A stretch of DNA of 64,000 nucleotides from Anaerolineae bacterium. GTDB taxonomy: Bacteria > Chloroflexota > Anaerolineae > UBA1429. The notes beneath the pieces were generated by a model. The model saw nothing but the letters and a program-made list of their open reading frames with translations, was not told the origin of the DNA and did no database searches. The stretch is from assembly GCA_050949345.1 (NCBI GenBank), contig JBMNFN010000001.1, positions 1,571,602-1,635,601 on the forward strand, written 5' to 3'. Below, one piece after another: positions 35,582-46,598 of this stretch. Position 1 is the stretch's first letter, and each line of letters begins with the position of its first letter. The position numbers were made by a program, and so were the translations under genes.

Positions 35582-36399
35582 GCGCCAAAGAATCCGCCCT
35601 GGCGCGTCCGCGTATTCTGGTGACTAACGATGATGGCGTGGCCGCAACAGGTTTGCGCGCGCTGGCGGCCGCCCTCCGGCAGATCGCACAGGTCGACATT
35701 GTCGCACCGGACCACAATTGGTCCGCTTCGGGGCATTCGAAAACCATGGACCGGCCCCTCTATGTGCGTGCCACGACCCTCGCCGATGGATCCCCAGCCA
35801 CCATGACCAGCGGCTCGCCCTCGGACTGTGTTGCCATGGCGTTGCTGGGCCTGCTGCCCAGCCGGCCGGATCTGGTGGTTTCCGGCATCAATCAGGGCGC
35901 CAACCTGAGCACGGACCTGGTGTATTCTGGCACTGTCGCTGCCGCGCGGGAGGCGGTGTTTGCCGGCGTGCCCGCCATCGCCGTGTCTTTGAACAGCGTC
36001 TCCAGCGATGAGTACGGTCCTGCCGCTGCCTTTTGTGTGTGCCTGGCGCAACAACTGCTGGCCCAGCGCTGGGAGAAACCGGCGTTCCTGAACGTCAACG
36101 TTCCGGCGTTGCCGGCGAGCGCCATCCGCGGGGTGCAGGTTACGCGGCTCGGTACGCGGGTATATCGTGATGCGCTGGTGGCCCGTGAGGATCCGCGAGG
36201 CCGGCCGTACTACTGGATCGGCGGGGAGCCCCCAACAGGAATCGCTGAGCCTGGCACGGACTTTGGCGCGCTCAATGAGGGCTATATCTCGGTTACGCCG
36301 GTATCCACCGACCTGACCGACTACCAGCGTGTGGACGTGATGGCGCCCTGGGCCGAGATCCTGGGGAGCACGCTGGCTGGAGCTCAAGGGCAGGCGTAA
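35578..36399 (+). CDS. surE: 5'/3'-nucleotidase SurE
   Basis: ILVTNDDG, GSPSDCV, DLVVSGINQGAN, YSGTVAAA, DPRGRPYYW. Confidence 0.95.
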   Translation: MSAKESALARPRILVTNDDGVAATGLRALAAALRQIAQVDIVAPDHNWSASGHSKTMDRPLYVRATTLADGSPATMTSGSPSDCVAMALLGLLPSRPDLVVSGINQGANLSTDLVYSGTVAAAREAVFAGVPAIAVSLNSVSSDEYGPAAAFCVCLAQQLLAQRWEKPAFLNVNVPALPASAIRGVQVTRLGTRVYRDALVAREDPRGRPYYWIGGEPPTGIAEPGTDFGALNEGYISVTPVSTDLTDYQRVDVMAPWAEILGSTLAGAQGQA

Positions 36400-36428
36400 C
36401 AGGCCTGCCGCACTGCCCTCGGTACAGA

Positions 36429-36632
36429 TCAGCCCCCCATGGTAGGCACGTTACCGCACAGCCGCACCAGCGACACCACCAGTGCCAGCGCCAGGGCGAC
36501 ATAGAACCACACCTGTGACATCCGGCGAGGATCGCGCCGTTTCTCGGGGGTCGGCTTGGGCAGCGGCTTGTCACAGCGCCAGCAGACCTTGCGATCCTCG
36601 GGGTTGTAGACACCGCAGTTGGGGCAGTCCAT
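36429..36632 (-). CDS. Small zinc-ribbon membrane protein
   Basis: MDCPNCG...N...CWRC followed by one TM helix; ATG 36632 after GGAGGAG. Confidence 0.75.
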   Translation of the reverse strand: MDCPNCGVYNPEDRKVCWRCDKPLPKPTPEKRRDPRRMSQVWFYVALALALVVSLVRLCGNVPTMGG

Positions 36633-36740
36633 GGTAGTTCCACTCCTCCGGGTCGGTCTCGACGAATTATAGCCTTCCCACTGCCCTCCGCGCAAGGCTA
36701 CGCCCCACAACAGTCCCATTGGCAGGGGCTCGCCCCGCTA

Positions 36741-36749
36741 TGCTATAAT
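36741..36749 (+). promoter_or_regulatory. Extended -10 element upstream of the DUF151-dnaB operon
   Basis: TGCTATAAT. Confidence 0.5.
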
Positions 36750-36784
36750 CTCCCTCACAGTGCTCAGCATGAGGACCATTGCGG

Positions 36785-37285
36785 ATGATCGAGTTAGAGG
36801 TGTACTCTATTCTGTACAGCCTGCTCTCGCGGCATCGAATGATGCTCCTGAAAGAGACCCATGGCGAGCGATTCCTGCCCATCTCTATTGGCCAACATGA
36901 ATCGGAAGCCATCGCGATGCACCTTCAGGGAGTGGTGGCACCGCGCCCGCTCACGCATGACCTGCTCCGATCTGTGATCACAGAACTCAAGGGGCGGCTG
37001 GACTATGTGCTGGTGAGCGCGCTGGATGGCGGTACCTTTCATGCCCGGCTGGCCGTCATGCAGGGAGAGGCCTTGACCCTGATCGACTCCAGGCCCAGCG
37101 ACGCGGTGGCTTTGGCGGTACGGATGGGTGCCCCCATCTATGCCGAGCCCGAGGTCCTCGCCAAGGCGGGCATTGTGCCCTCTCCCGATATCAGCACGCC
37201 CGCCGATGAGTCTCTGGACGGGTTGGATGTGTTCCGCGACTTTGTCGATACCCTTGATCTGGGCGATAACGAGCCCAAAGAGTAG
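36785..37285 (+). CDS. Bifunctional nuclease family protein (DUF151)
   Basis: LPISIG..E..AI, RPLTHDL, IDSRPSDAVALA. Confidence 0.9.
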   Translation: MIELEVYSILYSLLSRHRMMLLKETHGERFLPISIGQHESEAIAMHLQGVVAPRPLTHDLLRSVITELKGRLDYVLVSALDGGTFHARLAVMQGEALTLIDSRPSDAVALAVRMGAPIYAEPEVLAKAGIVPSPDISTPADESLDGLDVFRDFVDTLDLGDNEPKE

Positions 37286-37291
37286 CAGCCC

Positions 37292-38659
37292 ATGGCAGAT
37301 CGCCTTCCCCCACAAAACATAGAGGCAGAACAGTCGGTTCTCGGCAGCCTGCTGATCGACCCGGATGCAGTGATCAAGGTCGCCAGTTTCCTGCAGCCAG
37401 AGGACTTTTATCGAGAAACGCATCAGATCATTTATGCGACGATTCTCGGCCTGCACGAGCGCAGGCTCCCTGCAGACTATGTGACCCTGGTGGACGACCT
37501 GACACGGCAGGGGAACCTGGAGCTCGTCGGTGGAGCAAGCTATCTGGTATCGCTGATCAGCAACGTGCCCACCTCGATCCACGTGGAGCACTATGCGCAC
37601 ATTGTGGAACGCAGTGCGGTGATGCGCCGGCTGATTGCCGCAGCCGGAGAGATCGCCTCGCTGGCCTATCGAGACCAGGGTGACATCGACCAGGTCATCG
37701 ATCAGGCGGAGCAGATCCTGTTCGAGGTGTCGCATCGACGGGTCAGCAAATCGCTGGTGCCCATCAAAGAGGTTGTGCGCGAGTACTATGAGCGGATCGA
37801 ATTCCTGGTGGAGCATCAGGACGAAACCATGGGTGTGCCCACCGGCCTGATCGATCTTGACCGCCTGATGGGCGGCCTCCAGCCGTCAGACCTGATCATT
37901 ATTGCCTCGCGGCCAGGAGTGGGTAAAAGCAGCCTGGCGTTGACCATGGCTTCCAATGCCGCCCTGCGCGCCGATGCGGTGGTTGCGATCTTTACCATGG
38001 AGATGCCCGCAGAGCAGCTGGTGCAGCGCATGATCTCGTCGCGCACGGGCATCGATGCGCAAAACCTGCGGCTGGGGCACATCGCAGATACCCAGTGGGA
38101 TCAGATCACGCAGGCGAGCAGTGTGCTGTCAGAAGCATCCATCTTTATCGACGACACGCCATCGCCCACCCCCACCGAGATCCGCACCAAAACCCGCAGG
38201 CTGGCTGCAGAGTACGATCTGGACCTGATCATCATCGACTATCTGCAGCTGATGCAGGCTGGCTCACGCCCCAGCGAGAACCGTGTGCAAGAGATCTCTT
38301 ACATCTCCCGTGCCCTCAAGGGACTGGCACGCGAGCTCAATGTGCCAGTGGTTGCCCTCTCCCAGCTCTCTCGTGCCGTGGAGAGCCGCCAGGACAAGCG
38401 CCCCATCCTCTCGGACCTGCGCGAGAGTGGCTCCATTGAGCAGGACGCGGATGTGGTCATGTTCATCTATCGTGACGAGATGTACAACGAGAACTCGGAT
38501 CGTGCCAATATCGCGGATCTGATCGTGGCCAAACATCGAAACGGACCGCTGGCTACCGTCTCGCTGCACTTTGATTCCCACACTACCCAGTTCTCCAACC
38601 TGGATCTGCACGCGCTGGACGCAGACTTTTTCGGGTCCGATGACCCGATGCCGCTGTGA
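37292..38659 (+). CDS. dnaB: Replicative DNA helicase
   Basis: [54 protein letters not shown]; no intein. Confidence 0.97.
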   Translation: MADRLPPQNIEAEQSVLGSLLIDPDAVIKVASFLQPEDFYRETHQIIYATILGLHERRLPADYVTLVDDLTRQGNLELVGGASYLVSLISNVPTSIHVEHYAHIVERSAVMRRLIAAAGEIASLAYRDQGDIDQVIDQAEQILFEVSHRRVSKSLVPIKEVVREYYERIEFLVEHQDETMGVPTGLIDLDRLMGGLQPSDLIIIASRPGVGKSSLALTMASNAALRADAVVAIFTMEMPAEQLVQRMISSRTGIDAQNLRLGHIADTQWDQITQASSVLSEASIFIDDTPSPTPTEIRTKTRRLAAEYDLDLIIIDYLQLMQAGSRPSENRVQEISYISRALKGLARELNVPVVALSQLSRAVESRQDKRPILSDLRESGSIEQDADVVMFIYRDEMYNENSDRANIADLIVAKHRNGPLATVSLHFDSHTTQFSNLDLHALDADFFGSDDPMPL

Positions 38660-39357
38660 GCACCTTTGCGGGCTTTCCGGACGGCAAGACGCGCCTGACG
38701 CCGATTCCGGATCTCTTTTTTACGCGCCTGCTGGTCGACATCGACGACCTGGACGAGCTCAAGGTGCTCTGCTTTATGTTCTACTATCTCAACCAGCAGG
38801 TGGGCTATCCGCGCTACATGACCATGACCGAGCTGGCGTCTGAAGGCATGCTGCTCTCGGCGCTGCAGCACGGTGACGACGAGCCGGTGGCCTTGCTGGT
38901 AGAGCGCCTGCATGCTGCGGTGGAGCGGTGCGTGGCGCGAGGTTCGCTGCTGAGCCTGCACGTGGACGAGGGCGAGAGTGAGACGGTATATGTACTGGCC
39001 AACACAGCGCTGGGGCGCGCGGCGGTGCGCGAGGTGATGGATGGCGAGCTTGTTCTGGAACGCCCCGGAGCGCCCAGCGAGCCCCATGTGGAACGACAGC
39101 GGCCCACCATCTTTAGCCTGTACGAGCAGAACATCGGCCTGCTCTCACCGCTGCTGGCAGAGCAGCTGCTGGAAGCAGAGCGGGATTATCCGGCCGTGTG
39201 GATTGAGGATGCTTTTCGCATTGCGGTAGAACAGAACGCGCGCAATTGGCGCTATGTGGAGGCCATCCTCCGCCGGTGGGCCGAGGAGGGCCGTGATGAC
39301 ACCGGCCCCAGCGGTGAACATAGCCGACGCCGACGACGACCTGGCCAGCGCATGTAA
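38656..39357 (+). CDS. DnaD-domain replication protein
   Basis: N-terminal IP..FF..LL..I.DL.ELKV; C-terminal YEQNIG.L.P...[14 protein letters not shown]. Confidence 0.85.
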   Translation: MSTFAGFPDGKTRLTPIPDLFFTRLLVDIDDLDELKVLCFMFYYLNQQVGYPRYMTMTELASEGMLLSALQHGDDEPVALLVERLHAAVERCVARGSLLSLHVDEGESETVYVLANTALGRAAVREVMDGELVLERPGAPSEPHVERQRPTIFSLYEQNIGLLSPLLAEQLLEAERDYPAVWIEDAFRIAVEQNARNWRYVEAILRRWAEEGRDDTGPSGEHSRRRRRPGQRM

Positions 39358-39378
39358 TGGGTGTCTTGAGCGGAGTTA

Positions 39379-40728
39379 GTGACCATGTCAGATGATCCAA
39401 ACCAGTTGCCCTCCACCCCGGTCTGCGAGGTGTGCGGCGGCGTGGGGTATGTGCGCGTACAGGTGCCCGTGGGTCACCCCCTGTTCGGCAAGGCGGTCCC
39501 CTGCGTCTGCAAACGCCAGGAGCTGCGTGAGCGCCGCCTGGCCCGTCTTCGAGAGGACAGCAACCTCGCACATTTGCGCAACATGCGTTTCGACACCTTT
39601 ACCATCAGCCCCGATGTCTCTACCGAGGTATTTACCAGCCTGCACGAGGCGCTTTCACAGGCGGCCAAGTTCGCCGCCTCGCCCCAGGGATGGCTGCTGT
39701 TTACAGGCGACTATGGCAGCGGCAAAACACACCTGGCGGCAGCGATCGCCAATGAGCGCATCGAGCAGGGTCAGAGCGCATTATTCGTGGTGGTGCCCGA
39801 CCTGTTGGACTATTTGCGCAGCGCCTATGCCCCCAACAGCCCCTCCACTTACAATGAACGCTTTGAACAGATCAGGTCTATCCCGCTGCTGATTCTGGAT
39901 GACCTGGGCACGCAGAACTCGACGCCCTGGGCGGCGGAAAAGCTGTACCAGATCCTCAACTATCGCTATAACGCCGAGCTGCCTACCGTCATCACCACCA
40001 ACCAAAACCTGACGGATATGGAGCCGCGCCTGGCATCGCGGCTCAGAGACAGGCGCCTGGTGACAGAGATTCCGATCTATGCCACAGATGCGCGCACGCT
40101 GGGCAATGAGTCCTTTGGCAGCCTCAAGGACTATGGGAACTATAATTTCGACAGCTTTTCGCTGCGTGAAGGCGAGTTGGAGCGCTCAGAGGCGCAGGCA
40201 CTGGCCCATACGGTGCAGCTGCTCCGCGCCTGGGCGGAGGATCCGAGCAAGTGGATCCTGCTGCGCGGCAGCTACGGGGTGGGCAAGACGCATCTGGCTG
40301 CTGCGGCGGCCAACCGCATCGCGACCAAGGGCATGAGCGTCCTCCTGGTGGTGGTGGCGGACCTCCTGGACCATCTGCGCGCCACCTATCACCCCAACAG
40401 CCCCGTGTCATACGACCAGCGCTTTAACGAGGTGCGGCGCGCCAGGGTACTGGTGCTCGATGACCTGGGAGCACAGAATGCCACGCCCTGGGCAGAGGAG
40501 AAACTCTTTCAGATTCTCAACCACCGCTATGTGAGTCGCCTGGCGACCATTTTCACAGTCTCTACTGATGGTTGGGAGAACCTCGATCCCCGCTTGCGCA
40601 GCAGGATGATGGACGCCGACGTGTGCACGATCATCGACATCAATACGCCCACCTATCGCGGAGCGGTCGCCCCCAAGGCTCCCCCACGGCGCACATCGCG
40701 TCAACGGCGAGACCGCCCGTCCTCATGA
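39379..40728 (+). CDS. DnaC/IstB-like helicase loader with Zn finger and two tandem AAA+ domains
   Basis: CEVC...CVC; GDYGSGKTHLA/LILDDLG and GSYGVGKTHLA/LVLDDLG. Confidence 0.88.
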   Translation: MTMSDDPNQLPSTPVCEVCGGVGYVRVQVPVGHPLFGKAVPCVCKRQELRERRLARLREDSNLAHLRNMRFDTFTISPDVSTEVFTSLHEALSQAAKFAASPQGWLLFTGDYGSGKTHLAAAIANERIEQGQSALFVVVPDLLDYLRSAYAPNSPSTYNERFEQIRSIPLLILDDLGTQNSTPWAAEKLYQILNYRYNAELPTVITTNQNLTDMEPRLASRLRDRRLVTEIPIYATDARTLGNESFGSLKDYGNYNFDSFSLREGELERSEAQALAHTVQLLRAWAEDPSKWILLRGSYGVGKTHLAAAAANRIATKGMSVLLVVVADLLDHLRATYHPNSPVSYDQRFNEVRRARVLVLDDLGAQNATPWAEEKLFQILNHRYVSRLATIFTVSTDGWENLDPRLRSRMMDADVCTIIDINTPTYRGAVAPKAPPRRTSRQRRDRPSS

Positions 40729-40780
40729 GAGCAACCCTGGTGACTACGCTGCCCCTTTTCCAGCGACGGCATGTCCTTCC

Positions 40781-42490
40781 ATGACGGACCCCACCCGCAG
40801 TCGCCTCGCTCGGGTGTTGACCGTCGCAGTGGTGCTCTTGCTGTGTGTCAGTGCAATACTGTGGAACGCTCCACTGCGCATCCGCCAGGCGATGGCGGCA
40901 GTCACCGGTGAAGAGGATTTGTGGCAACAGGTGCGGGGCATGGGCGCGTGGCTGCTACTGCAAGCCAAACCGGCACCCGGCACCGCCCCTTTTACCCCCA
41001 TGCGGCACGCCGGCCTCTCGCCCTATGGCATCAACACCTTCCTGGAGCAGGAAGCGGACCCCGAGGTGGTCGAGCATTCACTGTCGCTGATTGCTTCCAG
41101 CGGCTTTGGGTGGATTCGCCAAGAGTTCCCCTGGGAGGACATCGAGATCGCTGGCAAAGGGGACTTTTGGGACCATCGCTGGAACCAGAGCGCCTGGACC
41201 AAGTACGACCGCATCGTCGAGCTTGCGAACAAGCACAACATCGAGATCATCGCGCGGCTGGATAATCCTCCCGCCTGGTCCCGTGCGGTGGGGAACGCGC
41301 CCGGCTGGACGATGGCCCCGCCCGACGACCCGGACGACTATGGGGATTTTGTGTATGCGGTAGTGTCCCGCTACCGCGGGCGCGTCCGTTATTATCAGAT
41401 CTGGAATGAACCCAACATCTACCCCGAATGGGGAGATCAAGCGGTGAGCCCGGAGGCCTACACACAGCTTCTGCAGGTAGCCTATCGCCGCGCCAAGGAG
41501 GCCGATCCTGACTGCGTGGTCATCGCCGCCGGCCTGGCACAAACTACGGAGAACGGCCCGCGCAACCTCAGTGACCTGGTGTTTCTGGAGCGCATGTACG
41601 CCGCCGGCGCCAGGGGCAGTTTCGATGTGATGGGAGCGATGGTCTATGGCCTGTGGACCGGCCCTTTGGACCGACGCACCAGCGCCGACCGAACGAATTT
41701 CAGCCGGGCCCAGCTGCTGCGTGCGATCATGGTGGCCAACGGCGATGCCGACGTGCCCATCTGGGCCACAGAGGTCGGCTGGAACGCCCTGCCAGAGGAC
41801 TTTGCGGGCAGGGCCACCTATGGCCGGGTATCGGAAGAGAGACAGGCACTGTATGCCGTGCAGGCTTATGAGCGTGCCTCGTGCCAGTGGCCCTGGATGG
41901 GGGTGATGAACTACTGGTTCTTCCGTCGCCCATCCGAGGCAGAGCGAGATCAAGCCTGGTACTATTTCCGCATGGTCGAGCCCGACTGGCGGGAACTGCC
42001 GGTGCACGCCGCCCTGCAGGAGCTGGCACTGCGTGAACCTCTGGTACACCTGGGCTATCACCAGGAGGACCACTATGCCCTGCGCTACGCCGGGCCCTGG
42101 CAGGCCGCCCCTTCCGAGCGGGCCACCTTTGGTGAGCTGAGGCGGGCCGAGCCAGGGGCCGAGTTGAGCCTGCGCTTTTATGGGACCGACGTGGAGCTGG
42201 TGGTTCCCGAGGAACAGCAGAGAAACGCCCTGGTGTACCTGGACGGTCGGCTGGTACGGCGGACGGGAACCGGCACCGCACCGGTCACCGGAGCCACCAC
42301 CTGGCGCATTGCCTCCCGTCTCACCGATGGCGAACATCGGCTGCGGCTGATTGTCCAGCAGCCCCTGACGCTGGATGGGGTGATCATCCGGCGCCGGTCG
42401 CCCTGGCCAGCCAGGTTGCTGCCCATGGCAGTGGCGGCGCTGGCCGGACTCGGCTGCACAGGGCTCCTGCGGAGGCGCAGCTCATCATGA
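40781..42490 (+). CDS. Membrane-anchored clan GH-A glycoside hydrolase (GH5/GH39-like)
   Basis: N-terminal TM, WIRQEFPW, QIWNEPN (acid/base), IWATEVGW (nucleophile), beta-sandwich domain, C-terminal TM with basic tail. Confidence 0.8.
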   Translation: MTDPTRSRLARVLTVAVVLLLCVSAILWNAPLRIRQAMAAVTGEEDLWQQVRGMGAWLLLQAKPAPGTAPFTPMRHAGLSPYGINTFLEQEADPEVVEHSLSLIASSGFGWIRQEFPWEDIEIAGKGDFWDHRWNQSAWTKYDRIVELANKHNIEIIARLDNPPAWSRAVGNAPGWTMAPPDDPDDYGDFVYAVVSRYRGRVRYYQIWNEPNIYPEWGDQAVSPEAYTQLLQVAYRRAKEADPDCVVIAAGLAQTTENGPRNLSDLVFLERMYAAGARGSFDVMGAMVYGLWTGPLDRRTSADRTNFSRAQLLRAIMVANGDADVPIWATEVGWNALPEDFAGRATYGRVSEERQALYAVQAYERASCQWPWMGVMNYWFFRRPSEAERDQAWYYFRMVEPDWRELPVHAALQELALREPLVHLGYHQEDHYALRYAGPWQAAPSERATFGELRRAEPGAELSLRFYGTDVELVVPEEQQRNALVYLDGRLVRRTGTGTAPVTGATTWRIASRLTDGEHRLRLIVQQPLTLDGVIIRRRSPWPARLLPMAVAALAGLGCTGLLRRRSSS

Positions 42491-44445
42491 CGCGTTGTTC
42501 TCGCCTGTCGAGGATCGCTCTGGTGATGGTGGTGCTGCTGGCACTCGGCCTGAGGCTGTACCGCCTCGATGCACAGAGCCTCTGGAACGATGAGGGGACC
42601 ACCGTGGCACTGGTGCAGCGGGACATACCTACCATTCTCCAGAACGCCTCCGACGACATCCATCCGCCTCTGTACTATATCGTGCTGCACTATTGGGTCG
42701 CCATGCTGGGCACCAGTGAAGCGGCTGCGCGGGGGCTCTCGGTACTCACCGGAACGCTGGTGGTGCTGGGCACCTGGCTGCTGGGCAAGCGCTTTCTCCC
42801 ACCGTGGGGAGCTCTGCTGGCAGCGGGTCTGGCGGCCACCAGCCCTCTGCAGGTCTATTACTCACAAGAAGCGCGGATGTACATTCTGGCCACGCTGCTG
42901 GCATTGTGGCTGGTGGCCGCCTCCCACAGACTGCTGGAAGCCTGGGAGGGACAGAACAGCGGCCAGGCTTGGCAGGTGGCGACGGTCCCCCTGGCAGGCA
43001 CAGCCCTGCTCTATACACACTACTTTAGCGCTACTGTCCTGCTGGCGGTGAACGTTGCCTTTCTTTACTGGGCGTGGACGAAGTGGCGTGCCCAAGGCAG
43101 CCTTCCCTGGCGCCGGCTGGGTATCTGGACCGGGTTGATGCTGCTGATCATCGCCGCCTATCTGCCCTGGGTACTGCGGGCGTGGCACACGGTGGCCCAT
43201 TGGCCAGCGGTGAGCGCCCCCGCGACGCTGCCCCACATGTTGAGCCAGGTGATGATCGCCCTGACGCTGGGTATCACTACCCCTTCAGGCAGACTGAGCA
43301 CCTCCATCGCCGCACTTGCGTCGGGGCTCGCCATCGCAGGAACGGTTGCCCTCGTGCAACACCGCTCAGAGCCGCACCGCCGCCACTGGCCAGTGGCGAT
43401 GCTGGTACTCTGGTTGACCGTGCCGGTATTGGCGATGGTGCTGGGATCGCTCTATCGTCCCATGCTCAACGTCAAGTTTCTCCTGCCAGTTACTCCAGCC
43501 GTGCACCTCCTGCTGGCAGCAGGGCTCACGGCGCCTCTGAGAAGTGCCGCCACCGGCAGCCGCCACCAGTTCTGGCGACCGATTCTGGCTGCTGCGATGG
43601 CACTCATCATCCTGGCAGGCGCCACGCGCTCGCTGCAGGGCTTGTACCACGACCCACGTTACGCCCGCGACGACTATCGTGGGATTGTGAACTATATCCG
43701 CGACCATGCCGGGCCCCATGCCGCCATTCTGATCAATGCCCCCTCACAAATTGAGACCATTGACTATTACCACAACCCGCCCCCGCCCATGTACCCCCTC
43801 GCCCGCCAGCGCCCCCTGGACGTGGGCACGACGCTGGCAGAGCTCGAACAGATCGTTCACGACCACGACGAGCTGTACGGCATTTTCTGGGCGACCGCTG
43901 ACAGCGACCCGGAGGGGATCATCGAGGGGTGGCTGGCCGAACACACTTTCAAGACCATGGACCGTTGGTATGGCAATCTGCGGCTGGTGGCCTACGCCGT
44001 ACCTCCGCCGGAGGCAGAGCTGGAGATGATTCCTGTCGAGTCACGATTCGGCGATGCCATATCTCTGGTCGGATACAACATCTTTCCCCGCCTGCCAATG
44101 GCGGGGACCACGCTCCAGCTGACCCTGGATTGGATGTCGGCAAGCATCGTGGACCGGCGCTATACCGTTTTTGCCCAGCTGCTGGACGCCGATGGCAGAG
44201 TGGCAGCCCAGTTCGACTCAGAGCCCGCAGGGGGCACCCAACCCACCAGCCTCTGGAAACCGGGAGTGACAGTACGGGATCGACGGGGGATACCTGTCCC
44301 GCCAGACACCTCTGCAGGGGAATATACACTCATCGTCGGCCTGTATGACGGGACCACGGGTGAGCGGTTGCCACTGTCGGTGGGCGGATCAGCGGCAGGC
44401 GATGCGCTGGTGCTGCAAAGCGTTACGATATCAGCACAGGAATAG
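42487..44445 (+). CDS. GT-C fold membrane glycosyltransferase (PMT/ArnT-like)
   Basis: LRLYRL..QSLWNDE, DIHPPLYY, YYSQEARMY, LYTHYF; C-terminal extracellular Ig-like domain. Confidence 0.82.
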   Translation: MTRCSRLSRIALVMVVLLALGLRLYRLDAQSLWNDEGTTVALVQRDIPTILQNASDDIHPPLYYIVLHYWVAMLGTSEAAARGLSVLTGTLVVLGTWLLGKRFLPPWGALLAAGLAATSPLQVYYSQEARMYILATLLALWLVAASHRLLEAWEGQNSGQAWQVATVPLAGTALLYTHYFSATVLLAVNVAFLYWAWTKWRAQGSLPWRRLGIWTGLMLLIIAAYLPWVLRAWHTVAHWPAVSAPATLPHMLSQVMIALTLGITTPSGRLSTSIAALASGLAIAGTVALVQHRSEPHRRHWPVAMLVLWLTVPVLAMVLGSLYRPMLNVKFLLPVTPAVHLLLAAGLTAPLRSAATGSRHQFWRPILAAAMALIILAGATRSLQGLYHDPRYARDDYRGIVNYIRDHAGPHAAILINAPSQIETIDYYHNPPPPMYPLARQRPLDVGTTLAELEQIVHDHDELYGIFWATADSDPEGIIEGWLAEHTFKTMDRWYGNLRLVAYAVPPPEAELEMIPVESRFGDAISLVGYNIFPRLPMAGTTLQLTLDWMSASIVDRRYTVFAQLLDADGRVAAQFDSEPAGGTQPTSLWKPGVTVRDRRGIPVPPDTSAGEYTLIVGLYDGTTGERLPLSVGGSAAGDALVLQSVTISAQE

Positions 44446-44478
44446 CCGGGCAGCGAGCCGGCGCGGGGGACGAGAACA

Positions 44479-44514
44479 AAAAGAGCGCGGTGCCTGTTGG
44501 CACCGCGCTCTTTT
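44479..44514. terminator. Bidirectional rho-independent terminator
   Basis: AAAAGAGCGCGGTGCC-TGTT-GGCACCGCGCTCTTTT between convergent genes. Confidence 0.88.
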
Positions 44515-44524
44515 ATCTCAGAGG

Positions 44525-45943
44525 CTAATCGCGCACAAAGCGCTCCACAGGCTCGCCAGCCGCGTCCACGATGTCGATGATCATCGGCATCTGGCCCACA
44601 GCGTGGGTAGAGCAAGAGAGGCAGGGGTCGTAGGCGCGAATGGCGGCTTCAACCCGGTTCAGCATGCCCTCGGTGACGCCGTTACCATCCACAAACTCTT
44701 TGGCAACCGAATCTACCGCGTTGCTCATGGCCCAGTTGTTGTTCCCAGTGGCGACGATCAGGTTGACGCGGGTGATGACCCCGTTCTCGTCGGTGTGATA
44801 GTCGTGCCACAGGGTGCCACGGGGCGCCTCGATGGTGCCCACACCATGCCCGGTGATCTGGATGCGCGTGTTGAGGATGTCCTCCGAGAGGATGTCCTCA
44901 TCCTCGCACAGCACGCGGATCTCTTCCAGGCCGTACAGCGCCTCGATCAGGCGCGCATAGTGATAGTACAGCGTTGCCTGCACGGGCCCTTCGGCAAGAG
45001 CCTTGAAGGACTTGAGCTCTTCGTTGGCCAGAGGCGTGGTGATTCGGTCGGCGATGTTCAGCCGAGCCAACGGCGCGACACGGTACACGCCATTGGGCCA
45101 ACCCATCGGCTTGTAGTAGGGGTACTTGAGATACGTCCAGTCGGCCGAGCGCTCTTCGACATAGTCGAGATAGTCGGCCGGGTCGAATTCAGTGACGAGG
45201 TTGCCTTGGGCATCGATGAGGCGCATGTTGCCGTCATACAGCTCCAGCGCACCATCGTTGGTCATGCCCATGTACATGCTGGGAAAGTTGGCGAAACGGC
45301 TCACGACATCCTGATTGGCGCTGAGCCACTCTTTGGCGACGCCCAGGCCGAGCTGAGCGATCCCGATCATCTCCTCGTTCTCGGCGAGGATGGCATCGCG
45401 GGATGCCTCCGAGAGCGGCGCACTCACACCACCGGGCACGGCCCAGTTCATGTGAATCTTGCGTCCGCTGAGGTGCCGGATCACTTCCTGGCCGTACTTG
45501 CGCAGGCGAATGGCCTTGAGCGCCAGATCGGGATTCACCTCGAGCAGACCGGTGACGTTGCGGATCATCGGATCTGCATCAAAGCCAAACAGCAGGTCCG
45601 GCGATGCCAGATGGAAAAAGTGCAACGCATGCGACTGCACAATCTGCCCCATGTGGAGCAGCTTGCGCAGCAGGGTCGCCGGACGCGGAGGCTCCACGCC
45701 GGCCACCGCATCGCAAGCCTTGGCGGCCGCCAGGTGATGGCTCACCGGGCAGATGCCACAGATGCGCGGCGTAATAGAGGGCATCTCAAAGTACAGCCTG
45801 CCCTCGGAGAACTTTTCAAAGCCGCGAAACTGGTCTATGTGCAGATAGGTTTCAGCAACCTTGTTGTTGTCATCCAAGTGGATGGTTACCCGCGCGTGAC
45901 CTTCTACACGTGTCACGGGATCAATTGTGATCTTTTGACCCAT
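44525..45943 (-). CDS. hoxH: [NiFe]-hydrogenase large subunit, group 3 (HoxH/HydL-like)
   Basis: PVTRVEGH, L1 [19 protein letters not shown]2 [11 protein letters not shown] plus a cleavable C-terminal tail. Confidence 0.92.
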   Translation of the reverse strand: MGQKITIDPVTRVEGHARVTIHLDDNNKVAETYLHIDQFRGFEKFSEGRLYFEMPSITPRICGICPVSHHLAAAKACDAVAGVEPPRPATLLRKLLHMGQIVQSHALHFFHLASPDLLFGFDADPMIRNVTGLLEVNPDLALKAIRLRKYGQEVIRHLSGRKIHMNWAVPGGVSAPLSEASRDAILAENEEMIGIAQLGLGVAKEWLSANQDVVSRFANFPSMYMGMTNDGALELYDGNMRLIDAQGNLVTEFDPADYLDYVEERSADWTYLKYPYYKPMGWPNGVYRVAPLARLNIADRITTPLANEELKSFKALAEGPVQATLYYHYARLIEALYGLEEIRVLCEDEDILSEDILNTRIQITGHGVGTIEAPRGTLWHDYHTDENGVITRVNLIVATGNNNWAMSNAVDSVAKEFVDGNGVTEGMLNRVEAAIRAYDPCLSCSTHAVGQMPMIIDIVDAAGEPVERFVRD

Positions 45944-45985
45944 GCTGTCGTCTCCTATTGTCTAATACCTGTAATGACTATCAAC

Positions 45986-46531
45986 TCAGCCGTACCGGAG
46001 CAGATCTTCGGTCCACGCGGGCTCGCGTCCGGAAGCCAGCTCGGTAACCACATAGGCAATGGCCTTGGCTGATGGCGGGCAACCGGGGATGTAATAATCC
46101 ACCTTGACCACCTCGCGCAGCGGCCTGACCTTGGGATACAGCTTGGCGATCTCGGGCGAGCGGGGCACAGCCTGGTTCGGCGCTGTGCTGTCCGTTTCGA
46201 CATAGGCGTGCCTGAGCACGTCCTCTACGTTGAAAAAGTTCCTCATGGTGCAGATGCCACCAAACACCGAGCAATCGCCCATGGATACCAGGATGCGGAC
46301 GCGCTCGCGCATGCGACGCGCAACCTCTTCCTGATGATCGTTGGAGACCGAGCCGGTGAGAATACCCACGTCAGCACCTTCGATGGGAGGGTGCTTGAGA
46401 TCCGTGATGGGCGATGAAAGTAGCTGGACGCTGCCAAAGAGGGTCGCCAAGCCCTCATCAATGTCCAATAGAGACATATGACAGCCGGAGCACACGTCCA
46501 GCCAGTCTGTGCAGAGCGTAACCTTTGCCAT
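45986..46531 (-). CDS. hoxY: [NiFe]-hydrogenase small subunit (HoxY/HydS-like)
   Basis: WLDVCSGCHMS, GDCSVFGG, PGCPP; single-cluster short form; ATG 46531 after GGAGG. Confidence 0.9.
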   Translation of the reverse strand: MAKVTLCTDWLDVCSGCHMSLLDIDEGLATLFGSVQLLSSPITDLKHPPIEGADVGILTGSVSNDHQEEVARRMRERVRILVSMGDCSVFGGICTMRNFFNVEDVLRHAYVETDSTAPNQAVPRSPEIAKLYPKVRPLREVVKVDYYIPGCPPSAKAIAYVVTELASGREPAWTEDLLRYG

Positions 46532-46598
46532 GTATACCTCCCGAGTCCGGTTCCGCCGGGTGTCAAACTCTGCCCGGCGGGACCGATTCGTTATTGCT

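Noticed and set aside
39379-40728. IS21 element suggested by IstB-like ATPase domains
   Set aside because: No IstA transposase or terminal inverted repeats; operonic with dnaB and dnaD, so a helicase loader
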